Origin: Azolla caroliniana
Taxonomy: Eukaryota > Plantae > Polypodiophyta
Assembly (NCBI GenBank): GCA_043228905.1
Contig: JBHGNT010000006.1
Span: 15,500,001 to 15,564,000 of the forward strand
Reading direction: 5' to 3'
DNA: 64,000 nt
Both the position numbers and the translations under genes were made by a program. Each line of letters opens with the position of its first letter. Positions within the stretch are counted from its first letter, which is position 1. The notes below the pieces were generated by a model. The model was not told the DNA's origin. It saw only the letters and a program-made list of their open reading frames with translations, and ran no database searches. Below, piece by piece: positions 10,602-22,721 of the stretch.

Positions 10602-11676
10602 GTATGGGTAGTCGAACGTGTCAGTTGGTATGTCTCTCTCTCTCACTCTCTCTCTCTCTCTCTTCTGTCTCAAAGTTGTCAGACAGACAGTGGCAGAAAG
10701 TTAAAGAAAGACGACATATCTATTACAGGTCTATCTCTCTCTTTCTCTCTCTCACTCCACCTTCGAAGCTCTCTTTCTTTCTTTCTTTCTGTTTCTCTCT
10801 CTCACTCCACCTTTGATTCTCTGTTTCCCCGCGTAGCTGTTCTTGTGTTCCCCTCTATGCCAGGTTCGATCTCTGAACTCTGTATACGCAGAGATTTTTG
10901 TTTCCCCTGCTCGTTGTATGTGTTGTTGATTTTCCTTCCTTGTGTATGCTCGTTTGTCTCCTCTGCAGCAGCCTCGTCAACAACCTCTTGCATATAGGTG
11001 ATTTTGAAGGCTTGGTGTGCTCCCAAGGTGTCGAAATCAACACGGTGTGGTACCTCTGCAAGTTGTACGACCTCCAGGTATTCTCTGTGTTGCATGCCCA
11101 AACTGGTATGTTTTCTTTTTCTGAATGTTTCCTGTCTATCTGTTTTTTATTTGCATGTGTATGGCCATTTTTAGGTTTTGATTATTCATAGTCTATGTGT
11201 TGCATGCCCAACTGGTATGTTTTTGTTTTCTCTGTGTTTCTCTGTGTTTCTTTTAAAAATGTATGACAATATTTTGATCGAGGTGGTTGTGCGTTAGACA
11301 TGTTTGTACATGCAACGTAAATGGAGTTGGCTATGTTTTCGTTTTGTTCTTGTTTCCTGTCCATCTGTTTTATTGTGTGAGTTTGACATGGATGAGTTTT
11401 TTTCCGACTATTTAGGGTTTTTGTGTGTTTGACATGGCTTGTACATGTGATGTGATGGAGTTGGCTATGATGATTTACAATGTTTTCATTTTCTTTGACT
11501 TTCCTAACCGTCTGTTTTTATTGTCCGTGTGTTTGACATGGATGAGTTTTTTTCCGACTATTTAGGGTTATTGTGTGTTTGACATGGTTTGTACATGCAA
11601 TGTGATGATTTGCTATGTGTTGATGGTAATTTCTTGAGTTTTCTTCTAGTACATACATATTCATTCCCTGAGAATT

Positions 11677-12969
11677 ATGTCGACTAGGACAATGACGAGA
11701 AGGACACCCATAAAGAAGACATTGATGAAAGAGAAAGTGAAGACACCAGTGAAGGAAGGAAGAAGGACACCCATGAAAGAAAGCAAGAAGACACCCACAA
11801 GAGAAAGGGTGATGAATTCATCAACACAGAGAACGAAGATGTACCACTCCATCAGTCGAGACACACCTCTTGGATGGAATTATTTCCTTCGAGCACGACC
11901 TGACGTTTATCCAGAGCTGAGAGAGTGGTTGTTAAAAACCTGGAGGTCAGCACATCCCGACACAAGGCGAGGATTGCACATAAGTGGTTTGAAGAGGGAA
12001 TACATGAATTTATTGAAGATGAGATACGAACATGTTTATGATACAAATCGAATCACTAACAATGAGGTGGGTACTGTTTTTGCACGTGCTTTTGCATGTG
12101 AAGTTCAAGGTGGCATTGACGTAAATTGGGAAGATTTTAATCGGCACCGGTGAGAACATTACAAAGGGTCCTCCAGTACCAACACTGGCTTGAAGTCATC
12201 TGGAACCTCTCATGTGGATATTCCAGCTACAACACCTGTCCACCAAGTTCTAGAGGCAAAGGTACGGGCCACAATGACTGAAAAGCATGAACAGATGATG
12301 ACCGGTTGCATAGCTTCTATGAGCTCAAGAATACAAGCACTACTTGCTGATTTGGAAGCAGTTAAATCAGCTGAGATACAGGCAGAAAAGAAAATTTCTT
12401 CAATAAAAACTACATATGAATGGATTGCATCGACAATCCAAAATTCAGAAAGTGAGGTGTTGAAAGAGGAGTTGAAGAAAGAGCTGAACAATATGGGCAC
12501 TCAATTAGGTTCACAGATGAGAGACCTTGATACTTGCAGGAATGCACATGAAGAAATAGATAATAAGTTGTCAGCCTTAAAGTTGCATTCTGAGAACCTT
12601 GCATGCTTGATGCAGGATTTAAAACAAAATGGTTTTGATACTTTGTGTCCATCTGTAATTGAGCACCCAAGTGGTATAGAAAGTACCATTACTAGTATAG
12701 CTATATCACGGTATTGGCTTTAAAAGTTATTTATTTCTACTTCTTTGGTATAAATAAGTGAGCAGCTAATATATTATAACTTGTGTTTGCAATCTTCCAG
12801 GTGTATATTTTGTGGCCTCGAATTCAAGCTGGAGGCTATGGATATTGTGATTACACCATGCTTGCACACATATCATGTGCTATGTGCTAAGTATCATTTT
12901 GAGAAAGAGAATACATGTATGGACTGTAAAACTACAATTGCGCTAAGTGGTACTATGCTTGGGGTTTAA
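11677..12969 (+). pseudogene. Transposon accessory gene (~400 aa): unknown N-terminal domain, coiled coil, RING-H2. Exons 11677-12710 and 12801-12969, with one in-frame TGA at 12151
   Basis: ORFs 11677 and 12190 share a frame across a single TGA (probable CGA decay). A phase-2 GT-AG intron (12711-12800) leads to C-x2-C-x15-C-x-H-x2-H-x2-C-x10-C-x2-C. Motif NNEVGTVFARAFACE..VNW is shared with the gene at 22722. Confidence 0.78.
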
Positions 12970-13179
12970 AAGTACACCCGTACGGTATGTGGCTCTACTA
13001 TTCTACTGTTTGTATTATATGATGTCAATTAACATTTGGACTAGAACTAGTGTATGCCACAATTCATACTTCAAATTTAGTGTAATCTCTAACAACTATT
13101 ATGTGGAACCCTAATTATGTGGGTTAGTATTGGCAATACTCTTAATATATAATTGGTATGTGTAGTTGAAGGGATATTT

Positions 13180-14174
13180 TCCAGAATTAGTAGTACTAAA
13201 AGGGAACCAGGTACAACATCGTCCAATCTATATTGCAACTTGCCTAGCATTAGTTTAGTAAACACTATACTTATAGTACACTGTTGATTATTAGTATTGT
13301 TTGTGTAACTTGGGAATTAGTACTAGTAATGTAATTTGGGAACAAGGTGTATAGTAAATTGCTGAATAATAGTATTGTTATTGTAATTTGGAAATGAGGT
13401 GTGTCAAACACATATCACGTTTAGTACTAATACTGTTCAAGATTAATACTGTTGGTGTAATTAGTACAAGTTATGTAACTAGGTGTGTAGAACACATATC
13501 ACATTTAGTATTACTTGTGTGCAAAATACCAATCTACATTTGTTGGATTAGTACTTAGTAAGTACTACATGGTTCATGATTAGTACTAGTTCTGTACTTT
13601 GTGAACTAAGTTACTAGTACATTGCTCATGATTAATACTAGTTTTGTAATTTGGGAACTGAGTAGTACTTTGTTCCTTATTAGTATTAGTTTTGTACCTT
13701 ATTAGTACTAGATCAGTAATCTAGAAAATAAGTGAGTAGTACATTTTGTAGGATTAGTACTAATTGTGTAATTTGACTAAGTCAGTGGTACATTTTTGAG
13801 TAGTACATTGTTCAGGATTAGTACTAATTGTGTAATTTGGTAACTAAGTGAGTAGTATATTGTGCATGATTAGTACTACTTGTGTAAATTGGGAACTAAG
13901 TGAGCATTACATTGTTTGGGATTAGTACTCCTTGTGTAATTTGGTAACTAAGTGAGTAGTATATTGTGCATGATTAGTACTACTTGTGTATATTGTGCAT
14001 GATTAGTACTAATCGTGTATATTGGGAACTAAGTGAGTAGTACATTGTTCCTTATTAGTACTAGTTAAGTAATTTAGGAAACAAGTGAGTAGTACATTGT
14101 TCAAGATTAGTACTACTTTTTAATTTGACTAACTCAATGGTACATTGTTCGGGATTAGTACTCCTTGTGTAATT
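13180..14174. repeat. Degenerate ~52-bp tandem array with ATTAGTACTA core
   Basis: Repeating gattagtactaattgtgtaatttggtaactaagtgagtagtacattg; 52-bp offset seen between 13801 and 13853. Confidence 0.85.
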
Positions 14175-17100
14175 TAGAATGCCATCAGATCTCAACAATA
14201 TCTTTGGAAAACTTACGCAAAGAGGGAGACAAAGAAGAAATGTTTATATTTGCGATAATAACAATGCCAACACCAACTCAACAAAAGTCAAGTACCTTTC
14301 TTCCAACCAAGTATCAAGAATTCCAAGTGTCTTCAATAAGGGCAAAGCTGATAGACTCCCAAAACATCGACCTTATGATTGTCCTATTGATCTTCAGCCA
14401 GGAAAAGATCCACCGTGGGGACCCATTTATAGTTTATCACCTGCAGAGCTCAAGGTTCTTCACGACTATATCGATGAAAATTTAGCTACTGGATTTACTC
14501 GTCATTCCAAATCTCCTACTGGCACACCAATATTTTTTGTCAAGAAGAAAGATGGATCGCTTCGTTTGGTCGTAGATTATCGAGGATTAAACAAAATCAC
14601 AATTCGAAACAGGTATGCCTTGCCTTTAATACCAACACTTTTGGAGCGGTTGAGTGGAGCCAAATACTTTACAAAGATCGATCTTAGAGGTGCTTATAAT
14701 CTAGTTCGAATTCGTCCGAGTGATGAATGGAAAACTACATTTCGCACTCGATATGGGCATTTTGAGTATAAAGTTATGCCATTCGGTCTTACAAATGCTC
14801 CTGCGGTTTTTCAGCATATGGCCAATGATATTTTTTGAGACTTCTTGGATATATTCACCATCATTTATTTGGATGATATCTTGATATTTTCCAAGACTCA
14901 AGAAGAGCATGATGAGCATGTATGCCAAGTTCTACAACGATTACAAGAATATGGTCTCTATGCTAAACTCGAGAAATGTAGTTTTGATCACAACCAAGTG
15001 GAATTCCTAGGATACATAGTATGACCAGAAGGAATATCTATGGATCCAGCAAAGGTGCAAACAATTCTAGAGTGGGAAACACCACAATCTGTGCGTAATG
15101 TCCAGTGTTTCTTGGGATTTGCAAATTTTTATCGCAAATTCATTATGAACTACTCAAAGAAGGTGTTGCCTCTTACACAATTAATACATAAAAACTAACC
15201 ATTCATATGGAATTCTAGTGCTGCTGAGGCATTCGAAAGCCTAAAACATGCGTTCACATCAGCTCCTATTTTGATCCATGTTGACCAAGACAAGCCTTTT
15301 ATTTTGGAAGCTGATGCATCAGATTTTGCACTCGGGAGTGTCCTGTCACAACCCAAAGAAAATGGGCTATTATATCCAGTTGCTTTTCATTTGCGAAAAT
15401 TTGAAGTTGCGGAAATTAATTATGAGATTCACGACAAGGAGCTTTTGGCTATTGTCGACTCTTTTGAGCATTGGCGCCACTTCTTGGAAGGTTCTCCCCA
15501 TCAAATCATTGTCTATAATGATCACAAGAACCTAAAGTATTTCCAGAATGCTCAAGTCTTAAATCGTCGACATGCACGTTGGGCACAATTTCTTACACGC
15601 TTTGATTTCTTGATTGTGTATCGCCTCGCAATACACCAAGGAAAGGTAGATGCGCTATCTCGGCATTCGTACATGGCACCCTGTTTAGGGGAACCTACTT
15701 TTGATCATCAAAAGTAGATCCTCCTTGGTCCTGACGTTTACAAGTGATGGTCACTAATGCTTTTAAGACACCTACGGACTCGATACTTATAAGTACGATT
15801 CGAACTGATCTTGAAGCAGATGAATTTGCCCAAGATGTCTTGAATCATATTATTCTAGATCGTGCTTCTTGTTCAAGGTCGATGAATTCTCGTAAAGATT
15901 ATAATCAGTTCAGTTGGCATGATAATTTACTTTTTCGAAATAATTTGCTTTATGTCCCTGATGGCCGCTCTCGACTCCTTATTTTACAACATTGCCACGA
16001 CATGCCAATGGCTGGACATTTTGGAGTTCACAAAACATTGGAATTAGTTTCTAGAAATTATTGGTGGCCGCATCTTCGTAATTATGTTGAAAACTACATT
16101 CGTAGTTGTGATGCATGTTGTCCGTCCAAGTGTCCTCGACATCGACCATATGGTTTACTCCAACCCTTACCAGTTCCTGATGGACATCGACCATATGGTT
16201 TACTCCAACCCTTACCAGTTCTTGATGGTCCTTGGAAGTCTATATCTATGGATTTCATTACTGATCTTCCATCTTCCAAAGGTTTTGATTCCATCCTGAC
16301 TATTGTAGATTGGTTCACAAAGATGACACATTTTCTACCATGCACAAAGAGTATTAATAGTCAAGAGACAGCAGATTTGGTTATGCGTGAAGTGTTTCGG
16401 CATCATGGTCTTCCTGATGACATCATTAGTGATCGAGGACCACAATTTATCTCAACATTTTGGAAACACTTGTTTGGGCTCCTCCAAATTGATTGTAAAC
16501 TCTCGTCAAGCTATCACCCAGAGACTGATGGTCAAACCGAGCGTACCAATCAAACCGTGGAACAATACCTTCGTTGTTTCATCAATTATCAACAAGATGA
16601 TTGGGTAGATTATTTACATTTTGCGAAGTTTTCTTACAACAATTCAGTTCATTCTTCTACCAAAATTACTCCCTTCTTTGCCAACACGGGTGTTCATCCC
16701 CGTTGGACAATTCTTGACAACCCAAGAATCTCGAAAAACCCCATTGCGGAGGATTGCCTACGTCATATCCGAGAAATTCATATTGCTCTTTCTCATCATT
16801 TACATCACACTCAAGCCACCCATAAGAAATTTGCAGATCGCCATCGACTCAACTCATCACCGGAAAAACCCAAATTTCAAGTTGGAGACCGTGTATGGCT
16901 CTTACGATGTAATGTGAATACCACTAGGCCTTGTAGCAAGCTAGATTATCAACGCCTTGGTCCATATTTAATCACTAAACATATCACTGGAGTTGCTTTT
17001 CAACTTGATCTCCCTCCTCATATGCGTCTTCACCCAGTGTTCCATGTCTCACTCTTGGATCCTTATACTTCAAACTCTATTCCAGATCGTGTTGTTCCCC

Positions 17101-17330
17101 CTTCACCTTCTATTGAGCTTGATGAAGGCCCTGAATATAAAGTAAAATCCATTTTGGACTCCAAAGTTGTGAAAAACAAATTGTATTACTTTGTTGATTG
17201 GTTGGGTTATACACCTGCAGATCGTATCGAACGTGGGAGCCAGCTGAAAATCTCAATAATACCAAAGAACTGGTAGTTGAATTTCATCAACGATATCCAA
17301 ATAAGCCAACTCCTAGTTCATGCATTGTGA
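14175..17330 (+). pseudogene. Pol remainder: RT, RNase H, integrase and chromodomain, with stops and frameshifts
   Basis: [32 protein letters not shown], integrase HHCC and DDE (SMDFI, SDRGPQF, GQTERTN), and chromodomain EYKVKSILDS...YFVDWLGY. Confidence 0.92.
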
Positions 17331-17363
17331 CTCGTGGAACTCGTCGTCAAAGGAAGGGGATAA

Positions 17364-17852
17364 TGTCATGACCATATACCAAAACTCCAAGACTTGTAAT
17401 AAGGATTCGAACCCATTACCTCGTCAAAGATAATGTGTAGCTTCAACCACTAGGATACATCATATTACATTTATTAAATTGTAAATTCTTATATTAGATC
17501 ATGAAAAAATATATCTAATAGTGTGAAATGTTGCCACCGCATAGGCTAACGCATGATTATCAAGTGTCATGCTTGCGTGAATGCCAAGTGGCATGCTTGC
17601 ATGAATGACAAATGGCGAGCATGCGTGCCTATGCGGTGGCGAGCATGCATGTATCCAAAGCATGCTATATAAACATATAGCGAACTATTGATGAACCATT
17701 CCGGTTCAACGCCAGTCTTTGGCGTACTCTTGTAACCCTTGTTCTCATTGCTAATACATTTTCAATATCTTATTTCTCTCTCATTCCTCTCTTATTTTCT
17801 ATTTCTCATTCTTTTCTTCATGTTAAACTTGTCTTTGGCTACGGCCTTGACA
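17364..17852 (+). repeat. 3' LTR (489 bp) of the Tcn1-like element
   Basis: TG...CA termini, upstream PPT, and match to 8260-8584. Confidence 0.9.
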
Positions 17853-18917
17853 CACGGGGCCAATCCACCTCCGTGTACAGCATCTGGATGTCCGATCGTG
17901 TGGTTTTCTTCGACCATCAACATTGATTGCAGGTCGAAGAAGGATAGTGGTTTCTCCCGGGTGCAAATTGTTGTCTGGATTGGCCCGTACCGTTGTGTTA
18001 GACCACCAAGGAAGATCTGGACCATCTCGTCCTTGTCCACCCTCACGTTGATGGAGTCAAGCGCGTCGCAGATCTCCTTGATCTTGGTGGTGTAGTCGAT
18101 GACCGGCATGTCTCGTTGCCGGATACTATTGAGCTGTTGCCGGAGCTGCAATTTCCGAACAGTGGTACTTGCGACGAAAATATTCTGAAGATTTTTCTAG
18201 GCCTCTTTCGGTGTTTTTGCATCCCTGATGTAGTCGAGCATCTGGTCGTGCACATAAGCCGCAAGGCAGTACAACACTCTACTCGCTCCTTGTTCCCATA
18301 CCGGGAAGTCCTTGTGTGTTGAATCCGCCGCTACTACATTTGCTCCTTCCATGTAGCTCCAATATTTGTGCCCTAGCAGGTACTAGTGCATTTTATACAA
18401 CCAGGATGCATAATTGATCCAGTCAAGCTTTTCTGTAGGAAGCTAGCTCACCATGCTTTTGTCCATACCTTCTCTTTTCGGTCTGTTCTTTTATCGGTGG
18501 TTAGGGTTTATCTTAAGAAAAACACTTTTCGACAGCAGAGGTTCTCAACCCTCGCGCTCTAATACCATGTAAAGAATAGCGTGTGGAGGCTTGTAGACAA
18601 ACCGCTCATCCGGATTACAACAATAAAATTGAGAATGAAGGTTTAATGGAAGCTTAAGAACAGAGAATACACAGGAGTGACAGAGAGAGCAGAAAGCATA
18701 AACTCAGTTCAAAAAATAATAATGCTTTGTACATAGAATGTGCTTAGAGAGCACTTTTATACAAGTCCTTACACGGACTGACAAAAGCACTGACAAGTAC
18801 TTCAATGCTCATACGAGCGATTGACATTGACTTCTAAAAATAAGCTTACGTACTAGGCTAGCTTCGTAGGCCTTTAATGGTCTACGGTTTCAATCTGATC
18901 TGGTTCTCCGCTCAACA
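17853..18917 (-). mobile_element. 5' part of a Copia element: LTR 18568-18917, iMet-type PBS 18556-18567, decayed gag. Host of the Tcn1-like element
   Basis: The minus strand reads TGTTGAG...CTTTACA then TGGTATTAGAGC. Gag motif TEKLD..NYASW...KLQLRQQLN resembles the gag at 49028. Confidence 0.78.
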
Positions 18918-21147
18918 ATAATGTGCCTTCTTTCTGTGCTCGGGCCACTATGAGGTATTCTCGGTAGAACTTCCACTTGCCATTTCGAAAACTACCACTA
19001 TAGCCTTCGTCAGCAAACCTTCCAATCGATATCTGATTCAACTTGATATCGGGGACATGTCGAACTTCCCTCAGAGTCAGTCGACAACCTGTCGACGTCA
19101 TTAGGCTTACACTTCCTATGCCATCTATCTTGCATTCTCTGTTATCTCTCATCTTTACATAGCCATGATCATGACTACGTAAGTTGAGAAGCATTCTCTC
19201 AAGGGAGTTATATGGAAGGATACACCCGAGTCGATCCCCCAGGTGCACTATTCACTTGTAATATTTGTGCTTGCCTGCTAAAAAATGAATAGGATCTCCT
19301 CTACACTTGTAGCTACAACTGAAGTGCTCTTTTCATCAGGGATCTTCCTGGGTTTGACATCATTACCGACACCTTTGTCCTTCTTGAGGTGTCGACAGTC
19401 CTTCTGGAAGTGTCCAGGGTTTCCACAATAGAAGCATGTTAGCTTACCTCTAGACTTGGACCTGGCATGGGACTTGTCCCTTCTTTGTGGACTTTATTGC
19501 GGGTTCCTTCCTCTGCAGGTATGTAGAGTCACATTTGACTTCGACTGGGACAAGACACTCCTATCCTTCCTTCTTGTCTCATCATTCAAGATGCTTGTCT
19601 TTACCATTTGTAGAGACAAGTTCTCTTCTTGACACGAGGTGCTGAGAGTCGTCACTAGGTTCTCCCAACCGTATGGTAGAGTACACATCAGTAGGATGGC
19701 CTGCATAGCATCATCAAGGGGAAACTTGGATTACGTGCTCGAATATGCTTTCTTCGTCCCTGTACTTCAACTTCACAGTCTTTCTCATCAAAGATGTTTT
19801 GTTGAGGGTATTCTTCCTCTCATATAAACCTGACAACTTTTGCCACATCTCGTAGGCATTTGTGTCATTCGCCACATGTTGAAGGAAACTTACATCAACA
19901 CACTGTTTGATGGTCGCTACCACCTTTCTGTTCAGAAGTTTCCATTTAGACTTAATACCCCCGTGGGTATTTCTACACTGTCGATGGGTTCATACAGGTC
20001 TTTGACTATCAGGAGATCTTCTAGTTTGCATAGTTTTGAGGGTTTAGGATCGTCATTCCTGGGAAGCCACTCACACCTCTTTCTTTCTTTCACCTCGTGC
20101 TCTGATACCAATTTGATGGGTTTCGATCCTGAGATCTAGGAGAAAGACCAACTTGGAAATACATAATAACGCGAAAAAATAGAGAATCCACAGAGTTTTA
20201 CGTGGAAAACCGTCTAAGGGAAAAAACCACAAGAACAAAGATTTCCGTATATCAAAATATACAAGTCTGAGATAAAATACAACACTCTTGGATCAGACTG
20301 TATTAGCTACATAGGGATCTTGGCATCTAGTCATAGATTGACATATTCGCATTCGTGGGGTTTTCCATTCGAATGCATGGTCAAGTATTCGTTAAACCCC
20401 CCCCCCAAAAAACAGAGTACAAGAACTCCCTTCTTTTTTAGTTTCCTATGATAAAACAAAATCCTTGACAATAAAAAGGGACATTAAAAGAGAGACTTGA
20501 CACTAATAAATTTTTATAATAAATATAAAAGTATTCATTTTATTTTTAATAAATAAATAAAATAAAATAAAGGATCATGCATTTCTCACTTTTTATTCTT
20601 TCAAAATTTATGGATATTTTTATATTGACATTAAAAATTGAACTTCACACTAATAATATTTCTATAATAAATATACAAATATTTAAAAAAAATAAAATAA
20701 TTAAAATAAAGGTTCATAAACTTCCCCATTTTTTATTTGACATTATAAAGGAGAGTTAATGCCAATAATATGTTTATAATCTATTAATAAATGATTGTTT
20801 TTTTTTTAGTGAATTAAATTTTTTTAAATAAAAAAGTGAATTAATTAATATTTTATATATTTATTTTGTAAAACGAATGGTTTTATAATATTCTTGGGGC
20901 CATTTCGTATTCTCGAATATTGCGAATATTACGCATGGAGAATGTGACGAATATCACGCATGTGTCAATCTATGCATCTAGTCTATTTCAGTTATGGTGC
21001 CGCTCACACATACTCTCTGACTACAACACCTATGTTCAACTCTTTTTGTTCTTCCAATCTATTGTTTGCCCTCCCTAAGTTTATTTATACTCATACACAA
21101 TATGGGCTATTTACATATCTAGTCACTTACTACTATCACTTCTATGA
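18918..21147 (-). mobile_element. Decayed Copia: gag-protease 18918-20097, PBS 20099-20110, LTR from 20114. The LTR probably continues at 42260-~42433 after nested insertions
   Basis: TGGTATCAGAGC on the minus strand. Gag and protease fragments (ANDTNAYEMWQKL, CFYCGNPGHF, VRHVPDIKLNQIS). Confidence 0.75.
20332..20974. mobile_element. hAT-type MITE (643 bp)
   Basis: 12-bp TIR CATAGATTGACA/TGTCAATCTATG. 8-bp TSD CATCTAGT at 20324-20331 and 20975-20982. AT-rich non-coding interior. Confidence 0.88.
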
Positions 21148-22721
21148 TGCTGTAAATCGATTGGCCACAACCAGTTTCATGTATGCATTCGGGTGCACAA
21201 AATACTCAATAGATAGTACACAGACAAAAAACGAAAATACAGAGAGCGAGATATAGAGACACAAGATTTAATGTGGAAAACCAAATCGGGAAAACCACGT
21301 GGAGTCCACAAACTCCAAAACAGATCACTATATGTGGAGAGGAAGTACAACAAGAAACTCAGAGGCGACGACCTCGAGATCTTCTTCGTCAACAAATGGT
21401 TGTAGAGTTACACTCTAACTCACACACACTCTCTCACTCTGTCTTGCTATATCACCGATGCAACTACTTCGTTCACCCTTCAACACAATGATGATACCTC
21501 TCATTATTTTTCACTAAGGTTTGCCCTAGTTATATATATACTTATACAACTTTATGGCTATTTACATACATAGCCCTCATGGGGCACATTTTGACTATTT
21601 ACAAATATAGTCTCTCGAGTTGGTTGTATCCATGTTTTTGGTTTCGGCCTCAACCAAGTTACTCATCAACTTGGCCCTTCTCTTCCCATCCGGAGGGACC
21701 TGTTCCCAACAAAGTCCCCCTTCACTCCGGCATGGGGCACTTCACTAACCCGACCTTCTGTTGGCACTCATTTAGGTTTTTGAATGACAACACCATCGTG
21801 AGCATATTCGAACCATTCTTGGCCGTGTGGATCTTCATCAGAGCAAAGTCCTTATCTTCTGCTCACACTCTGAGCCAATGGTATCTCCTCTGGATGTGCT
21901 TGGTCCTCGAGTGATAGGCGGCATTTTTCGCAAGGTGGATGACACTCTGGTTATCACAATGGAGTCGGAATTCCTCTTGCCGAATTCCCAACTCTCCGAT
22001 GAACTCCCTCATCCAAATCAGTTCCTTGCCGGCGACTGCTACGCAACAGCTCCCCCTGCATAAGTCATCACGTATCCGGACATGGATTGACTAGTATCCA
22101 CGTCAGCCGACATGTCCGAATGCATGTAACCTTCTAGTGTGGGGTTACTCGAGCCGAATCGAAGACACACACTCGAGGTGCCTCTCAGATACCGAAGTAT
22201 CCCCTTCACAACAACCCAATGCTCTCTATCGGGATTGCTCATGGGTAAAAGCATGCGAGTGGAAACACTATTATAGCTAATTAGCTACTAAAATGGCCAT
22301 AGCTAATTAGCTATTTGTTTAGCTAGTCTTTCTTGTGGGAAAATCAAATATTTGAAAAACTAATTTATGAAAAAACTCAAATATTTGAACTTCTGTTTCA
22401 GACGTAGTGGAACTTGGGGAATATCACCATCATCTAAGGTCGACTTCAATGTCATCAATTTCCTGTTTAGCCTAAGTCTGATTTTGAACGCAGATGGAGT
22501 ACTCAGAGCACGAACGCAGACGTAGCTCCCGCAACAGCAAAAAATCGACATTGCAGATTGAGAGCTACAACACAGAACCCACTCGATCATCGTCCAGGTA
22601 TGTTTCAGTTACAGAAACCCCAAACATTTGTTTTTTCTTTTTGACTACTGTCTGAACTTTGGTGCCGATTCATATTTCCCCAAAATCGAATAGGGCGAAG
22701 TCCTTGGAGTCCCATACAAGG

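Larger units (their letters stand above)
10285..14174 (+). mobile_element. Truncated Sola2-like DNA transposon (left end only), related to 22243-33169
   Basis: Begins GGGTTGAAGCATGC, versus TIR GGGT(A/G)AAAGCATGC of the complete element. Carries a homologous RING gene followed by a repeat array. No right TIR is seen, and retroelement pol resumes at ~14175. Confidence 0.72.
8260..17852 (+). mobile_element. Decayed Ty3/Gypsy chromovirus (Tcn1-like). Its 5' LTR is split by the tandem array, and its PR-RT region is interrupted by a DNA-transposon fragment
   Basis: 5' LTR remnant 8260-8584 matches ~17528-17852. 3' LTR is 17364-17852 (TGTCA...TGACA) with PPT AAGGAAGGGGA. Domain order is gag-PR-RT-RH-IN-chromodomain. 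Confidence 0.9.

Noticed and set aside
10491-11191. ORFs over the CT-rich region (also 62691-62900)
   Set aside because: Translations of microsatellite and UTR sequence (SL/ER repeats).
16138-16227. 45-bp in-frame duplication in integrase (HRPYGLLQPLPVPDG twice)
   Set aside because: Ordinary slippage in a dead element.
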